A program made the translations under genes and the position numbers. From positions 992,001-1,056,000 of the forward strand of contig JBLDXI010000003.1 in NCBI GenBank assembly GCA_047495785.1: 64,000 nt of DNA. Direction: 5' to 3'. Origin of the DNA: Lepidodermella squamata. Lineage: Eukaryota > Animalia > Gastrotricha. The number at the start of each line of letters is the position of its first letter. Position 1 is the first letter of the stretch. The notes beneath the pieces were generated by a model, which was not told the DNA's origin, made no database searches, and worked only from the letters and a program-made list of their open reading frames with translations. Below are positions 24,112 to 37,249 of this stretch, piece after piece.

Positions 24112-27100
24112 TCAAGACAGTCCATCGTACTTCTGCACTCCATTAGTAGCAAATGCACTGAATGGGCCATTCCAGCCGGCCGGTAATGTTGGTTCTAGGC
24201 CTGCCCAATCCTCGGCATCATTATAATCATCTGCATTCCGATTGAAAGCTATTTCTTGAAAAGCCGGTGTCTGTACGGTTGTGTGAATTTGCATCTTATC
24301 CACAAACGCGCTTATCAACGATAGATCAAAGCCGTTAATACTGTTGTCAGGAAACAAAGTGGATTCGCCTGAGAAATTCGAAAAACCGCCTATACCATCG
24401 GTGGCGTTTGGCTGCAAGGGCTGATGATCCTCGCTGGCGCCATGAAAGTTATTCGCTGATGAGCCATTTTCGTCGTCATCGCTGTCCGGCTGATTGGAAT
24501 CCTCATTCTCGGCCATGAGCTCTTCTTCGTATTCCGCACTGACAGAATCTACAGCCATCCATCTTATAGATTTGTAATTCTCAGATCCTCTCGCTGCATA
24601 ACTGTTCTTACTTCGATCAGCTCTTTCCTTGTCGATTTCAGCAGTCAAATCTTTAACGCTTCGATTAGATGGCCAAAAGTACTTGAGGAAAGGAATACGC
24701 AAAATTGTGTATCCGAAAGTTGCACTGCCCATAGGTCGAAGCCATTCGTTGTCCTTGTAAGTTTCCACTGTGACTACAGAGTCTCTTACAATGGTGTGAC
24801 TAAAAACGCAGGATGGGTATAACAAAAACAAGGTAAATTATCAATTCAAATTACGGTATAACAACTTGGCCACGTTCGCTTTGACTGAAGCGAGCCAGAA
24901 ACTGAATTGAAATAAAATATTTAGAGTAACATGACGGACAATTATTGAATTTGCAACTGACCGTTCCAACACGTTTCTTCACAAAGGCAGATTTACTATA
25001 CGAGTGAGAAACAAATCCCGCGAATCCATCAGGCCAATAAGCTTTCAGCCAATCGGTGCATAGCAAATTCAAGGCATCATAGAACCATGCCCAAAAGCTG
25101 AAGGGTTCCTTGGGAGCTTTTCCAGCGTCAAAGTAAAGCTTCCCACTTTTCACCAACATGTCCCAGCTAATGATTTCGTCGTCAAAGCAAAGGCAAGAAT
25201 CGTAAGGTAAATCTTGCGGATGATTAGCGGCAGAAAAAGGGCATGGTGGACACGGCGTGGGTGCGAACATACGTTCAGCCAAAAAGTGTATATTTTCTGG
25301 CTTCAGTCCGCTGCCAAGCCGATATGTCCAGAACCCATTCAAGAGACGTTTCACATCCTTCCACGAAGCCTCATTAGGTAGCGGGATAGGTTGCTGTCAA
25401 AGAATTCAAAAAGAGTACAATATCTGATGAACAATTTCATTATAATATTACCTGAATGTCAAAGAAGATTCGCATGATGGTAGGCATGCAGAATGGGAGA
25501 AAATCGTTTGACTGCAACATTTCATATCTCGAAAGAATTGTATCTAAACGGACGTAACTATCGTTTTCGAAGCAGGAACACTTCACACCCGAGTGAGTTG
25601 AGTTCAATGGACATGATCTCATAGGTTGGTTGGCGACCTGTATCGCTAAATAATGCCAGGTAGCCTCTGTCAGCGGTTCTCGTCCAAGGCTACTCCAAGC
25701 GGCCTCAACGCTGTGTTTGACTTCTTTCCACTTGGCAACATTCAACCGTAAGGGACTCTGATAGTTAGATTATTAGGGCAGGTAAGATTAAAATGCCTGA
25801 CAACGTACATTTGCTGCAAAATAATTGCCCCAAGCCACAGCGATATCAGCATCAATTCGCTGACTGGGATGCACTATTAGAGAAATAGGTAGCGATACTG
25901 TGCTGATACTCCACGGCTCTGGGAATTGTTGCCATATGAAAATTGGCAGTTGTGAAGAGAATGAAAACTGGAGGCACAGCTTTTTCTCAACAACAGAATG
26001 TCCATCTTTAGCCGCCATTTGGTCGCCTTCCAATTTTCGCTTGGCACCTTTTTTCTTCTTTCCATCCTCCGTCTTTTCTATTCGAAGATATTCAACTGCA
26101 GCCACGCAGTGACCTAATGATGAGAGGCAAACAAATGAATTCATAACGAGGATGAAACATTCCTACCGGTTTCCGGTTTGTAGACAAGAACAGTTTCCAT
26201 TTTAGTGACGAAGTTGTTCACTTCCACCTTAAATTGCGATGTTGGCAGCCGATCGTCGTCGTTTACCAGGTTGATGATAACCTTGACGTTTTCTGCTTTT
26301 ATCCATGGTTCTACTTCAGCTTTAGCTTGCTTTGCCGGGCGTGACGCAACACTTTCTGCGTCATCGCTCTCAGGCAAAACTGATGTGTTTGTCTTATCGT
26401 AGTTGGCCGGCAAGAAACGCGCATTACGCTCGATAGAACAGGCTTTGATGCCGAGCTGACGCCATGCGTTTTGAAGAAACTGGTACGAAGAGTCTAGCAA
26501 CTGTAGATCGATCTGTAATTAACGAGAGCTTATTGACAATTCTTTAACAGCTTCACAATTATTACCGGAAATCGGGGAACTGGCAGGAGAAAAGACGGTG
26601 TTTTACCGCCGGCATGTTTTACCGATTGTGGACGGAAAATGACCGACGGGCAGAGTAATCGAACTGACGGAGCTGGAAAACGGGCGGCGCTCGTTCTAGC
26701 TATTTGAGGATGCCAGTTGGTGACAAGGCCATTTTTCACAAAGAAATCGATGAAAATATGCTGGCACGTGACGGCTAGCGCCTGCAATTTTCGGCCAAAG
26801 TTTTGGTCCATCCATGCGACTTGAGCGGCGAAGTGGAGTCTTGCTACATCTCTCTCCAATATTTGAGCAGCGGCATCATATGCGCCCTGAAGATGGTCTA
26901 AATCAGTGGTTGGTACCCTGCCAAATGAAATTTCAATTTTTTGACGTTCGAACAGTCTCATGTAGGCTGTAATGCTACAGATTGTCCGGTGCACGAAAGG
27001 CATGTATTGTCGGGTTGCTGCCATCAGCTGCTGAGTTATTGGATGAACCGACCCTAATGGCACATTGGGTTCGATGGCATTAGCAAGGCGACAGCTGGCG

Positions 27101-27694
27101 CGACCTAGCGCATCAACGGCTGTTTCGAAGTTTTCGAATTGGACCTCTGGAGCTGCACCATCTACATCTCTGATTAAATGAGGTCTTATTAGGCTCTCGA
27201 AATACAGATTGCTCTCTTTTAGAAGTTGGCTTTTTAACTTGCTGAGGAACGTCAACGCCCCTTGCTCATCCAAAGCCTGAAAAAAGACATGGGTAATACT
27301 TTTTTTTCGTATAGATCTCAGGTTTACTACCGAAAGCTGGTCAACGTATTTCGAGCCATTCCTGTGCAAGACCTCAATTGCATCGTTTAGGAAATGACGC
27401 ACCTAAAACAGACTGATTGCACACTGCATTGACTGGTGGGAGATTCTCTTACCTCATGGTAGCACAGAATATCACCATAGAACAACAGCCTTAAGTAACA
27501 ATAAGGTAACGCTTTCAGTTTTCCATTTTTAGAGAAATGTCTCACCATGAGCTGCTGGTGGAGCTAATCCAGTCAGCTAAAGCTATTCGACGTTGCAACT
27601 CCCCGCTACTCTCATAAACTATGTCAATTAATAAACCTTCAGTGCTGGTATTTTGCTGAAGCCACCATTCCAATTGTGACTTGTTCAGAGGCAT
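24112..27694 (-). CDS. STAT: Divergent STAT paralogue 3 (multi-exon)
   Basis: Same exon structure as paralogue 1; DBD TVSLPISLIVHPSQ..AWGNYFA; SH2 FLARFS; tail Tyr in ENYKS. Confidence 0.87.
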
Positions 27695-27868
27695 CTAAGA
27701 CTTTAGTTCTTCAATGATACGACGGCTGAAATTACATAAAAAATTTGATTCTTCTAATAACCGCCATAGGATTTATACCTAGAACGATAACATGTATTTC
27801 CTTGGAAATCGAGCCGCGATAAGGAAGGATTCCTTTCTTATCGCGGCTGGTAGCAGCGGGGGTGTCGA

Positions 27869-27980
27869 TGGCGTTCGCGTAATAATGCTCTGGGTGAGCT
27901 GAAAATAGCTAAAAAAGTAGCTAAAATGCATGCAAAAAGTAGCAACGCTATTTTAAAAGAGTATTATTACGCGAATGCCC
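27869..27980. mobile_element. Small MITE upstream of STAT paralogue 3
   Basis: GGCGTTCGCGTAATAATGCTCT and AGAGTATTATTACGCGAATGCC are inverted; absent from the equivalent upstream region of paralogue 2. Confidence 0.65.
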
Positions 27981-28195
27981 TGTACTTGAGATAATTCATG
28001 GGAGAACTTTGAGCTGATTCATAATCCAAAAAAGCTCATTTCTATTTTTTTATTGTTTCAATTCTAGAGGTAACATATCGGTGATTGTGTCGGTTAACTG
28101 TGTTTAGTTGAAGAACAAAACGAAACGCGTTAGAGTCCGCAATGGGTAGGTTGATCTGAGCAAATCGAAACTGGTGTTCTTTATCAATTGAATGG

Positions 28196-30961
28196 TCATT
28201 GCATTTCGTTATCGCTGGTGTCGCTTTCGTCAACGCCTATCCAGCGCAGTGGCTTGTAACCTTCCTCGCCCTGTGGCTTGGGGTTAATCGTTACTAAGTT
28301 GAGGCTGAGAACTCTTGTTAGGATATCCTTTTTCGGGTACATAGATGGCCACCAGCATTCTAGCGGCTTGACATCGATGATTCTCTGTGCAAAAAGTTTG
28401 ACATCCTGGCTAGGTTGGATAGTACGATCCTTGAATGCCTTTACCAGTAAGACATTATTCGATGAAAGCATGCAATACCTAAGGCCGAAAGGATATTAAA
28501 CAGATCATGTTTGATGTAATTTCTTACGGAAAGGCGATTTGCCCCAAGTCATTCAGGCTAAATCTAAGAACAAACTACAGAGAAATATATAGTTAACAGT
28601 TAAAATGAGATAAAAACACGACTCACAGCGCCCGGGTGGCTATGAACCAAAGCACTCTCGCAATACTGCTGGGAAACAAATCCCAACAGCAATTCAGGCC
28701 AGAAAGGCTTCAGCAATGGACTACTGACTAGTTTGACGTAGGAAAAAAACCATTCCCAAAAACTAAATTTGAGCAAATCTGGTTGTCTTGGCTTGGCATT
28801 CGAACCTTGGTGAGGTCTCGCCTTCAACCTGTCCTTAGTTAGCTTTTTCCACGAGACAGCTACGCTGTCGTAACAGCTGCATGCTGAAGCATTTAAATTG
28901 GTATTAGCGAACGCAAATGGGCAAGACTGGCGCTCTTCCCCAAACAGCCGCTCAGCCAGCAGATGGATATTCTCAGGCTTCAGTCCAGAACCACAAGCCC
29001 AGTTCCAGTAGCTATTAAGCATGCATTTCACGTCCCGCCAGTAGGCAGTTTCAGGAACACGAAAGGACGGGGAGCGTGCCTACAAATCAAAAAATCGAAA
29101 AAAATCCTTTAAAATCTATAGTCTCTCTTACGATCTTGGAAAAATAGTTATCCCATAAGATCGTCACAGTTGCATTTGAAATCTGATTGTTATGCACAGT
29201 TACAACGATTGGCAAAGATAAGGTTCTCGCGAGTGCACGGCTATTTGGATTGGACGATGGGTTGGGTTGCGGCAGGAAAACTTCAGACAACGCTATGGTA
29301 CTCTCGAACACTAGGCAAATCTTTTCTTCAACAACTCGATGCTGAGTTCTCGCGCTTGCGCTTGTTGATGCTTCACTACCAGATGTAGCGCGTTCCCGTT
29401 TGTAGTTCTTCAAGTAAAGCTTATCCAAAGCTGCAACACAACGGTTTTTGGCAGGGTGGTATACCCAGTTGGAGGTTTTGATGTGCTGTCCTCTAGTCGA
29501 GTTTTCATCTTTTGAGACCGTTGATTCGTCGCAATAGTAAACTTGCACATTAGCATTCGTTGCCATGATCCATTTTTCCCCGTTTCCAGCATTCCGCTTC
29601 GCTGACGAAGCCATCCTCCGCAAAGGTTGACTAGCATTTGAGGACGAGGCTGAGTTTAAGCTCAATTCTAGGACACCCTGAGCTGACTCTTTTTTAGCAA
29701 GAAACTCGCAATCTAGCTTGAAATTTGCTTCGACGAATTGAGAAGTAATCAAATTTGAGTGATGAACTCCTAAACTCCTGGTGGTGTAACTTGTAACACC
29801 TTCGTCAATCTGAGAAAATAGAACAGTGCAAATAATTCTAATCAGGTTGTAATCGCAATCAAATTACGGAAGATATTGGCCATTGAAAAAGCGGACCGAG
29901 CTCAAGCTGTGATAAAGAGCTGGCATAGTACTGATGCAAGAGGTTTTCACGGCAAAAGATCAAGCTAGGGCATAGCATCCGAACGACAGGTGTGATGGAA
30001 AAACGACACTTATTTTCAGAAGATATCTTGCGAACAATTTGTGCCATCTGCTCCTCCAGAAGCATGCACTTGTTCACCAAGAAGTTCCTTAGAAAATCAA
30101 GTAGCACGTTAATTAGATCCCTCAAGGAAGCAGCCATTTCCGCTAAGTTGTGATCCGCGGCAAAGTGTAGCCCCAGTTCCAGCCTTGGCAAGGTTTTCGA
30201 GACGGTCTGGGCTACAGCGTCATAAGCCCCTTGCAAATGATCAGCGCTAGTCGTTACTAGCTCAGCGAAGGTCAAACGTGCTATTTGCCTATTAAATAGG
30301 TGCATATAGTTTGTGAATGTCGTGCGGCATGCCGAGATAGCAAGCTTCATGTCCTCCGCGCAAGTTGTAATTCCTATCCTGATGCGGTCAAGGCTACTAG
30401 CGTCGAAGAATCGGCCGCCCATGGTGATATCGCTGAGAACTACAGCAACGTGGAAGCTGGATTGGACAAAGCTTTCCGTCGCATTTTCAAAGTTCGTATC
30501 AGTGAAGGCTCTCATTGGTTCATCAACAGCGGATAGGAAGCTTGGATTCACAAAATACTTATCGTACTCATTGCTTTCAATTAGCAGACAGTGGCGTAAG
30601 GCTGTCAGGTAAGAAGAGGATTTCGTTTCATCAGCCAGCAAGTTCTTGAGTGAAATAACCAATTTTGTTTCGAAATTAAAAATTATTTAGGTCAATTTAC
30701 CTCGAATGATCGAATGATAGAGTAATGTCTCGAATTGTTCTCATCACCAGATAGAAAGTTGATCGCCCTCTGAATCACAGTCCTTGACTGTGAAACTGTC
30801 TGCCCACTGATTCTAAACCAGTTATCGCCATGAATAGTGATCCAAGGTGCGAGAGCTATCCTAGGCTCCAAATTTAGCCCATTCTGTGCGTATATACCTT
30901 CCAACACATGTTTGTTTGAGCTATTGTGCCATAAATTCAATTGAAAGCCGTCGATAGGCAT
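28196..30961 (-). CDS. STAT: STAT paralogue 4, most canonical (STAT5/6-like DBD), very short C-tail
   Basis: ATG 30961; DBD VVEEKICLVFES..TLSLPIVVTVHNNQISNATVTILWDNYFS; FSFWEWF; SH2 GFVSQQ..FVLRFSLNDLG; GYKP phosphotyrosine-type motif. Confidence 0.92.
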
Positions 30962-31561
30962 CAGCAACTTCACGTAGCAATGCTGGGTTGGTAAATTTTT
31001 CGCTATATAAGCGCTATTTAGCCGCGAGTAGAAAGTTCGTCATTTGTACCACAGAAATGTGCTATTAATTACGCTTAAACGGGTTTGTACTGAGATATCG
31101 CGTGCTATTTTCAAAATAAGCGTGGCGGGAATTCCGCGGAAAAAGATTTGCGACGTTTAGGCGATAAGGTACTCAATAGCGAAACACCCACTCAATTTAA
31201 CTGCCAGTCCAATTCTATGGAAAAACAAGTATTATTTATGTCTCAAAACCTGCTCATTCTCTAAAAATAATTGATAAGGAAACCAATGTGACTAATGACT
31301 AACCATGCATTCTTTTACTTTTTCTCAAAAAGTAAATGACAATGAAAAAACGCGGATAGCCTTGTTTTCGCTTCCTCTGAAAATAAGTTTATCGCCCACG
31401 ATTGTACAGTGACCATTCGCTGTGAATAGCCCTACTGAGCGTTTATTTTGTTCCCGATATTGGCGGATACAAAAGGTGTCCAAACTGCATTGACAAGAAT
31501 GGCAGATTAAATCTCCTATTGTACTGGACGACTTTCATAAAAATACAGGAAATTATACATT

Positions 31562-31650
31562 TTCAACCAATTTATTTATCAGGGTCCAAAATTACGGTCT
31601 ACAAACGAGGGAGTTCTTTTCAGGAGGGTGCCACTAACGAGGGAGCACTG
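31562..31650. mobile_element. Single end of the CAGTGCTCCCTCG-TIR element family
   Basis: ...CGAGGGAGCACTG|TA; reverse complement of 41407-41495 with a few mismatches. Confidence 0.7.
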
Positions 31651-32180
31651 TAATTGAAATTGAAAAAGCGTGTGTTTTACTTTTTCGACTGAACATCGAA
31701 TCTGTTATCCTTTCCTCGTGTTTTCTCGTTTATAGACATTGAGGCACACGGCGTAGACCGTAGGCATTACTTCGTTTTTCTCACCTTCAGGCTTGTTTTA
31801 TCGTATTGTGATACTGATATGAGTAGTCTGTGTCGATCAGGCTGCTTCCATAATTTACCATGATCGTTACACACGTTCCTGACTGCGGAGGCGAAGCCGA
31901 ATAAGCTTCGTGTGGCACGTTCATTAATTATTGCTTTTGAATACATTGAGCACAGACAAATTTCTTCGACTTTTCCCCCAAGTGTTGCGTAGCGTTATCA
32001 AGTAGCTCAGTGATAATCGAAGATTTCCTTAGACCTTAGGCTGAAGACGTAATAATGCTGGGAGCGAATCCAGTACGAATCCAGTATTTACAGCGCGATT
32101 TTAAAGCGATCAATATCAGTTATGCTTCTGTGCGCTCAGACATTTCACTGTACCTGCGATGTTTCATCATTTTTAGGACA

Positions 32181-34723
32181 ATGTTTAGCTATAATTCAAA
32201 GCTGCTTGTCTTTCTCATTGGGTCAGTAGAATCCGTCATTCTTATGAATTCTTCCATGCCGGATTCGATCAGCATCGCAGATAAGCTTTCATCAAACAGA
32301 ACCGTCTTATCCGTAATAGCATCAATAATGTACTCTGGAATGGTTCCTTTAGGCCCAACAACTATCGTAGCCGCTCGTTTAGCTCTGCGAAAGCTTCGTG
32401 AACAGCCAAACTGGCTGTCGAACTACGACTTGGCTTTCGATCTTATCGACGATCAAGCTGATGACGCGCTTTACCTGTCCGCACTAATGCAGAAACTGCT
32501 TAATCAAGATGCAAGCAAAGCTTACTTACCAATTGTGGCCTTGGCTGAATATTGCAATATGGGCCAGCTTGCGGCGTCGTACATAATGCCATCTTTCAAC
32601 TTACTTGGGGCAAGTTTTACAGTCTATCCCTGAAGATTCTGAACTAAGGTTCAGGGTGAGGCTGGGAAAGGGGGAGGGGCATACCTCTTGTTTTGTAGCC
32701 TACTCCTTAAAATAAGTCTTCGTTAATTTCTTTCCAGATTGCCGCCTATCCACTAGAGCCTAAAATGTGCTATGAACGCCCCAAATTTCCGAACCTAGTC
32801 GCATTAGGAGAACGGCAAGATTATGTCGCAACAGCTATTGCATCAGTAGTCGAGAAAATCGGCTGGAAACGCATTTCAATCATAAGCGACACTAATACCT
32901 ACAACAACGTCATTGATGGATTCGTCGTTGATGAAATGGAAGCTCGTAACATAACAATAGCCTACATGGCGAAAATCCGCGAAAATACAGAGGATCTGTA
33001 CGAGCTTGAATCTACTTTCCAAGAACTTCTAAAAAGGCAGCCGCGAATTATTTTATTGAATTCTGTCAGTAGTGTTTTGGTTGGATGCTTCTTACATCGA
33101 TATGGCCTTTTCGGCCCTGGTTACGTGCACCTTCACTATTCATGGAATTCATATAGCGAAAACTCAGAAATTCCTCCTTTGGTTGAGCCTTGGTGTACAA
33201 AGGCAATGTTGATTGACGTTTTAGCGACAACTATTTTCTACGGCGATGCTCCTATTGGCGATATTTTCGGGCCTAATTTAACCGATTCGGTAGGTATGAC
33301 TATCAAGCGGTTCTATGACCTCGTGTCAACAAGCGTTGACCAGCCTGAACTCGCAGTCGGCTGGGAATACTGGATTCCAACCTACTACGACCGTTTCATA
33401 ATGATAGGGCTGATTTTGAACGAGACTGAAAATATCTTAAAAACTCGACTCAACTCCACGCTGGGCGAGTGGACGACAGATTCTGAAAAATTCCAGAAAT
33501 ATGGCTCGTTGATCGTCAACATAATGATCGAGGCAACAAGCCGTGTTGAGGGTCTAGGACTGAAAGGTGACTACAGTTACAACATGACGAACCACTGGTC
33601 TACAGGGAGCATGCCTATTATCTTCAGGCAAATCGCAATGAACGAGTTCCGGAACGAAAGCTTTTCCACTACTATCGGCTATTACAAGTCTAACCGTAAA
33701 CCAGAGACAGTTGTTATACATTGGGACCTGATAAAATGGCGAACCTTGGGGAACTCCATACCCAGGGATTCTGTCATTACGCTCCCCATGTCTCAGGCTA
33801 TATTGTCAGTTGCAGCAGGTTCTGCGATAATCGTCATAGCGAGCCTCATTTTAGTCATAGGTATACTTATTTTCATCCGGCAAATCAGATTACTGGTCCA
33901 GGACAATAAGAAGACGCTACCTTATATGCTAATCGTTATCGGCGATTCTAGTCTAAGCCTGGCTGCGGTAGCGTTTGGCATCGAATCAATGGACACAAGC
34001 ATGTTGGAACTATGCACTCTGCAGACTTTCTTCGCTTTTTGTGGACTAACCGCCATTTCCGCCGGATGCTATGCAAAATTGCAAAATTTTCAATGTATAA
34101 TGGCAGGAATAGCTTCGACTACGCCAAGGCCGAAAACTGCATCGCTATTCTCTTATAGACCTTCCAGAGCGAGCTCCTCAAAAAGACGGCGTGACAGTAC
34201 TGCGCAAGTTATGTGCCGCAGTAAATTTTGGGATAAAATAGCCTACGTCACGGCTCCTCTTTCCCTTACGCTGCTCATCATATGCTTGGCTATAGCCCGA
34301 GACTTGAATGAAACTCATCAACTCCCGGTATTTTATTCAGAGAACGACAGCAGCTTGGCTTACAAGCCATACGTAACATATTGCCAACCTCTGAAAGCTC
34401 TGATTTCAAACAAAGTAACCCTTGCCTTGATTATTTTGGCAACCGCAGTCGCCATTACCCCGATACTTCTCAGCTTATTCATTGCTTTATCGTTGAATTC
34501 CTCAATCAAATCAAAAGAAGCTTACATGGATCGCGAATTAGTTCGCGAGGTGAAGCTTGTCGCGGTTTTCATCTATTCTTTAGTAATCATATTCATCGCG
34601 GTGATTTTTATAGGCATTCTGTTGGCGAATGATCGGCTATCTTTGATATATTTGATCCCACTTGTGTCAATAACGCTTTCCGTTATTAACCTTACAATGT
34701 TTTGCAAATACTTCACACATTAG
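32181..34723 (+). CDS. Class C GPCR, GABA-B-like (Venus flytrap plus 7TM, no cysteine-rich domain), copy 1
   Basis: Signal-like N-terminus; AARLALRKL..WLSNYDL; GWKRISII; PRIILL; IPRD followed by seven hydrophobic helices; ECL2 Cys. Exons 32181-32609 and 32738-34723 (GC-AG intron). Confidence 0.85.
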
Positions 34724-35171
34724 CACTGTTCATATTTTTGTTCACGATACATAATAAAGATTTTAGAATCTCGTCTATAACAAAAATAATTTTATGACCT
34801 AATTTTCGCTTCGGACAGTGCAATCAAAGTTGCCCTTGGAACTGAGACAAGTTTGGCCAGGCAGTCATGATTCGTCACTGGCTCTCCAACCGCCTTCTAT
34901 AAATGCAACCCTCGATACGCGCATTTGCATGGATCCCGCCTCCCCTTGGTATAACAAGTATATATCGAGTTCTATAATCAGTCTGTGCCTCAGTAAACAA
35001 CGATGTTGATAAGAATCGTAACGCGGAAAATTGCAGGGTTTGATCGAAAAGTCGCCTTCCTCTAGACGTCTGTGAACCAAGGAATGTTTTCACTTCGGTC
35101 CTACTTAAAAAGGTCAGATTTTGTAAAACAGGAACATAGTCACGCTTTTTCAACTGTTAGTAATTACAAGA

Positions 35172-35805
35172 ATGATTTCATCCGTTACCATTGCAGTTTT
35201 GGTCGTATGTGGCCTCTCTCACACAACAGCGATACCAGGTTTCAATGAAAATGCATTAGTTTTGGACCATTTTTTATATTAATTTTTCAGCTCAAGAATA
35301 TGGCAAGCGCAGCATTATAATGAATGCTGCCGCTAGCTTTGAGTATAACAGGCTGGTGGGCTATCTTCCACGTTTACTTGAGCTCACGAAATTGGAATAC
35401 GTCAATGCAAAGGAGCAGCTGGGCAGTGCTTTCTGGTGCCTCCGCAAAATCCAGGAAACTGGCGCTGTAGACATAAACGTAGCTGCGGTGACCAAGGTAA
35501 TCGGGAGAACCATCAGCGATGCCAAGCATATCCCAAGTTCTATCAGCAGCTCTATTTTCCGTCGTGTTAAAGTGGAGGATGTCATGCTGGACATTCTTGT
35601 CAGCCAATCTGCTGAACTACAAAAATGGATCGCCATGGGCATTCCGAAGGCACAGGATCTCCTCGAGCAGGTTCAAGCCGCTATTCAAGTGCTGAAGAAA
35701 AAGAACGGCACTTTAGCATTCAGCGAATTCAACCCGCTCGCCCTGTCTGTTGCCAGGTTTTCGAGCGAGCAAGCGAATCTATTAAGGTATCCTAAAAGCC
35801 AATAA
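35172..35805 (+). CDS. Unknown secreted helical protein, copy 1 (signal peptide, GKR site)
   Basis: Exon 35172-35238 encodes MISSVTIAVLVVCGLSHTTAIP; intron 35239-35290; then AQEYGKRSIIMN.. in frame with the 161-aa ORF. The structure is conserved in paralogues. Confidence 0.75.
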
Positions 35806-36282
35806 CCTGCTGCTAAGCAATTTTATAAACGCAACACCAAAAGATTTTATAGGATGACGTGAGACTGATTGACGATTGACGAAGTGAAACCTAATCAATA
35901 AATGACTAATTCATCAATTTGCGTTATCCATGATTGCGCTAACATATCTCGTTCCTCAGCTTGAAGAATCGATCATTCACTCGCCGGAGTACCACCACGC
36001 AACCAACATTGCGCAATGAAAGCAAGACTCTTTCATTTTCCTCTTTGTGACCGCAGCATAGTGTTAGCAAATGATCAGATATCTTTTATATATTTGTATG
36101 GTATGATATGAGTAAAAAGTTTATATCTGAACGGAGCCGACCGAGATTTACGAATCGAAACGAGCCGGAGGCGATTTGAGATGAGTAAATCGAGTGCGGC
36201 GATGCGAGTGCGGCGATGGATAACGAATGTTATACCGTAAAATATCGAATTGGCCAAGCTACTCGACCTATATTTCTGGGGA

Positions 36283-36358
36283 CAATTCTATATTTGATCC
36301 CACTTGTGGCAGTAACGCTTTCCGTTATTAATCTTAAAGTGTTCTGCAAACACTTCGT
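36283..36358 (+). pseudogene. Fragment of GPCR TM7 coding sequence
   Basis: tatatttgatcccacttgtggcagtaacgctttccgttattaatcttaaagtgttctgcaaacacttc is similar to 34648-34715. Confidence 0.7.
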
Positions 36359-37249
36359 TTCATGTTCGTGATCCAATCTGAATCTGTATTTTTGTTGGCG
36401 TTAATTAAAATTGATCCCAATTTAAGTTCAATTTTTTTAGTCCTGCAGATGCACTCTTGTGGGTTTATGGGGCGGTGACGGGTGACGGACAACCTCTGAG
36501 GTGAGGCCCCGAGAACTAAACCATGTACAGCAAAATATTGTTCATTCCAGTCAAGTATGGACCAGCAAAAGCTTCAAAATTTAGTCAAATTATTGATATG
36601 TAGAGAAGTTTGTGAATGTTTGGGACTTCTGCTTGAATTCGGTAGTTGAGAAAAATTAATGTCAGCAGCTGACCGTGTTTGAAAAGATATATTATGTCAT
36701 TTTTCACCATTTTTGTACAGCTGTGTAATCAGATATTCGCCGCTAAATTGAAGATTGTTAAATTAAAAAAATTGATGAACCTCGTGACCATTATGAAAAC
36801 GCAATCATTAAAAGTATGTACTCACATACTTATAAGCTATTAGAATTCATATGCTCGACGACTCTGTGAGTGGTAAAAGTGGCTTAGTGACGTACAAGGC
36901 TGTACTTGAAGCCAATCAATGATACTGAGGATCCTGAAGCGCTAGGAGAAAATCTAATTATTACTATTTTCGTTTTCTCCCTTCTTCAGGCTTACCTTCG
37001 TGCATCGTGATAGTGATATGGACAATCAGTGGTGTCCAAGCTGATTTTCATAAGATACCTTGAACACATTACAGCAGAATTTTCGCCGCGTTTCGTCCTA
37101 ACTTGACACTTGACACGTAATGCGGGGAGAAGATCCAATAATCATAGAGAATATTTGAAACATATTCGATCACTTTTGCTCTTGTGTTCTCAAAAGTTAA
37201 TCTGCAATCTGTGATGATTTTAATAATTTAGGATTTAGGAAATAGGACC

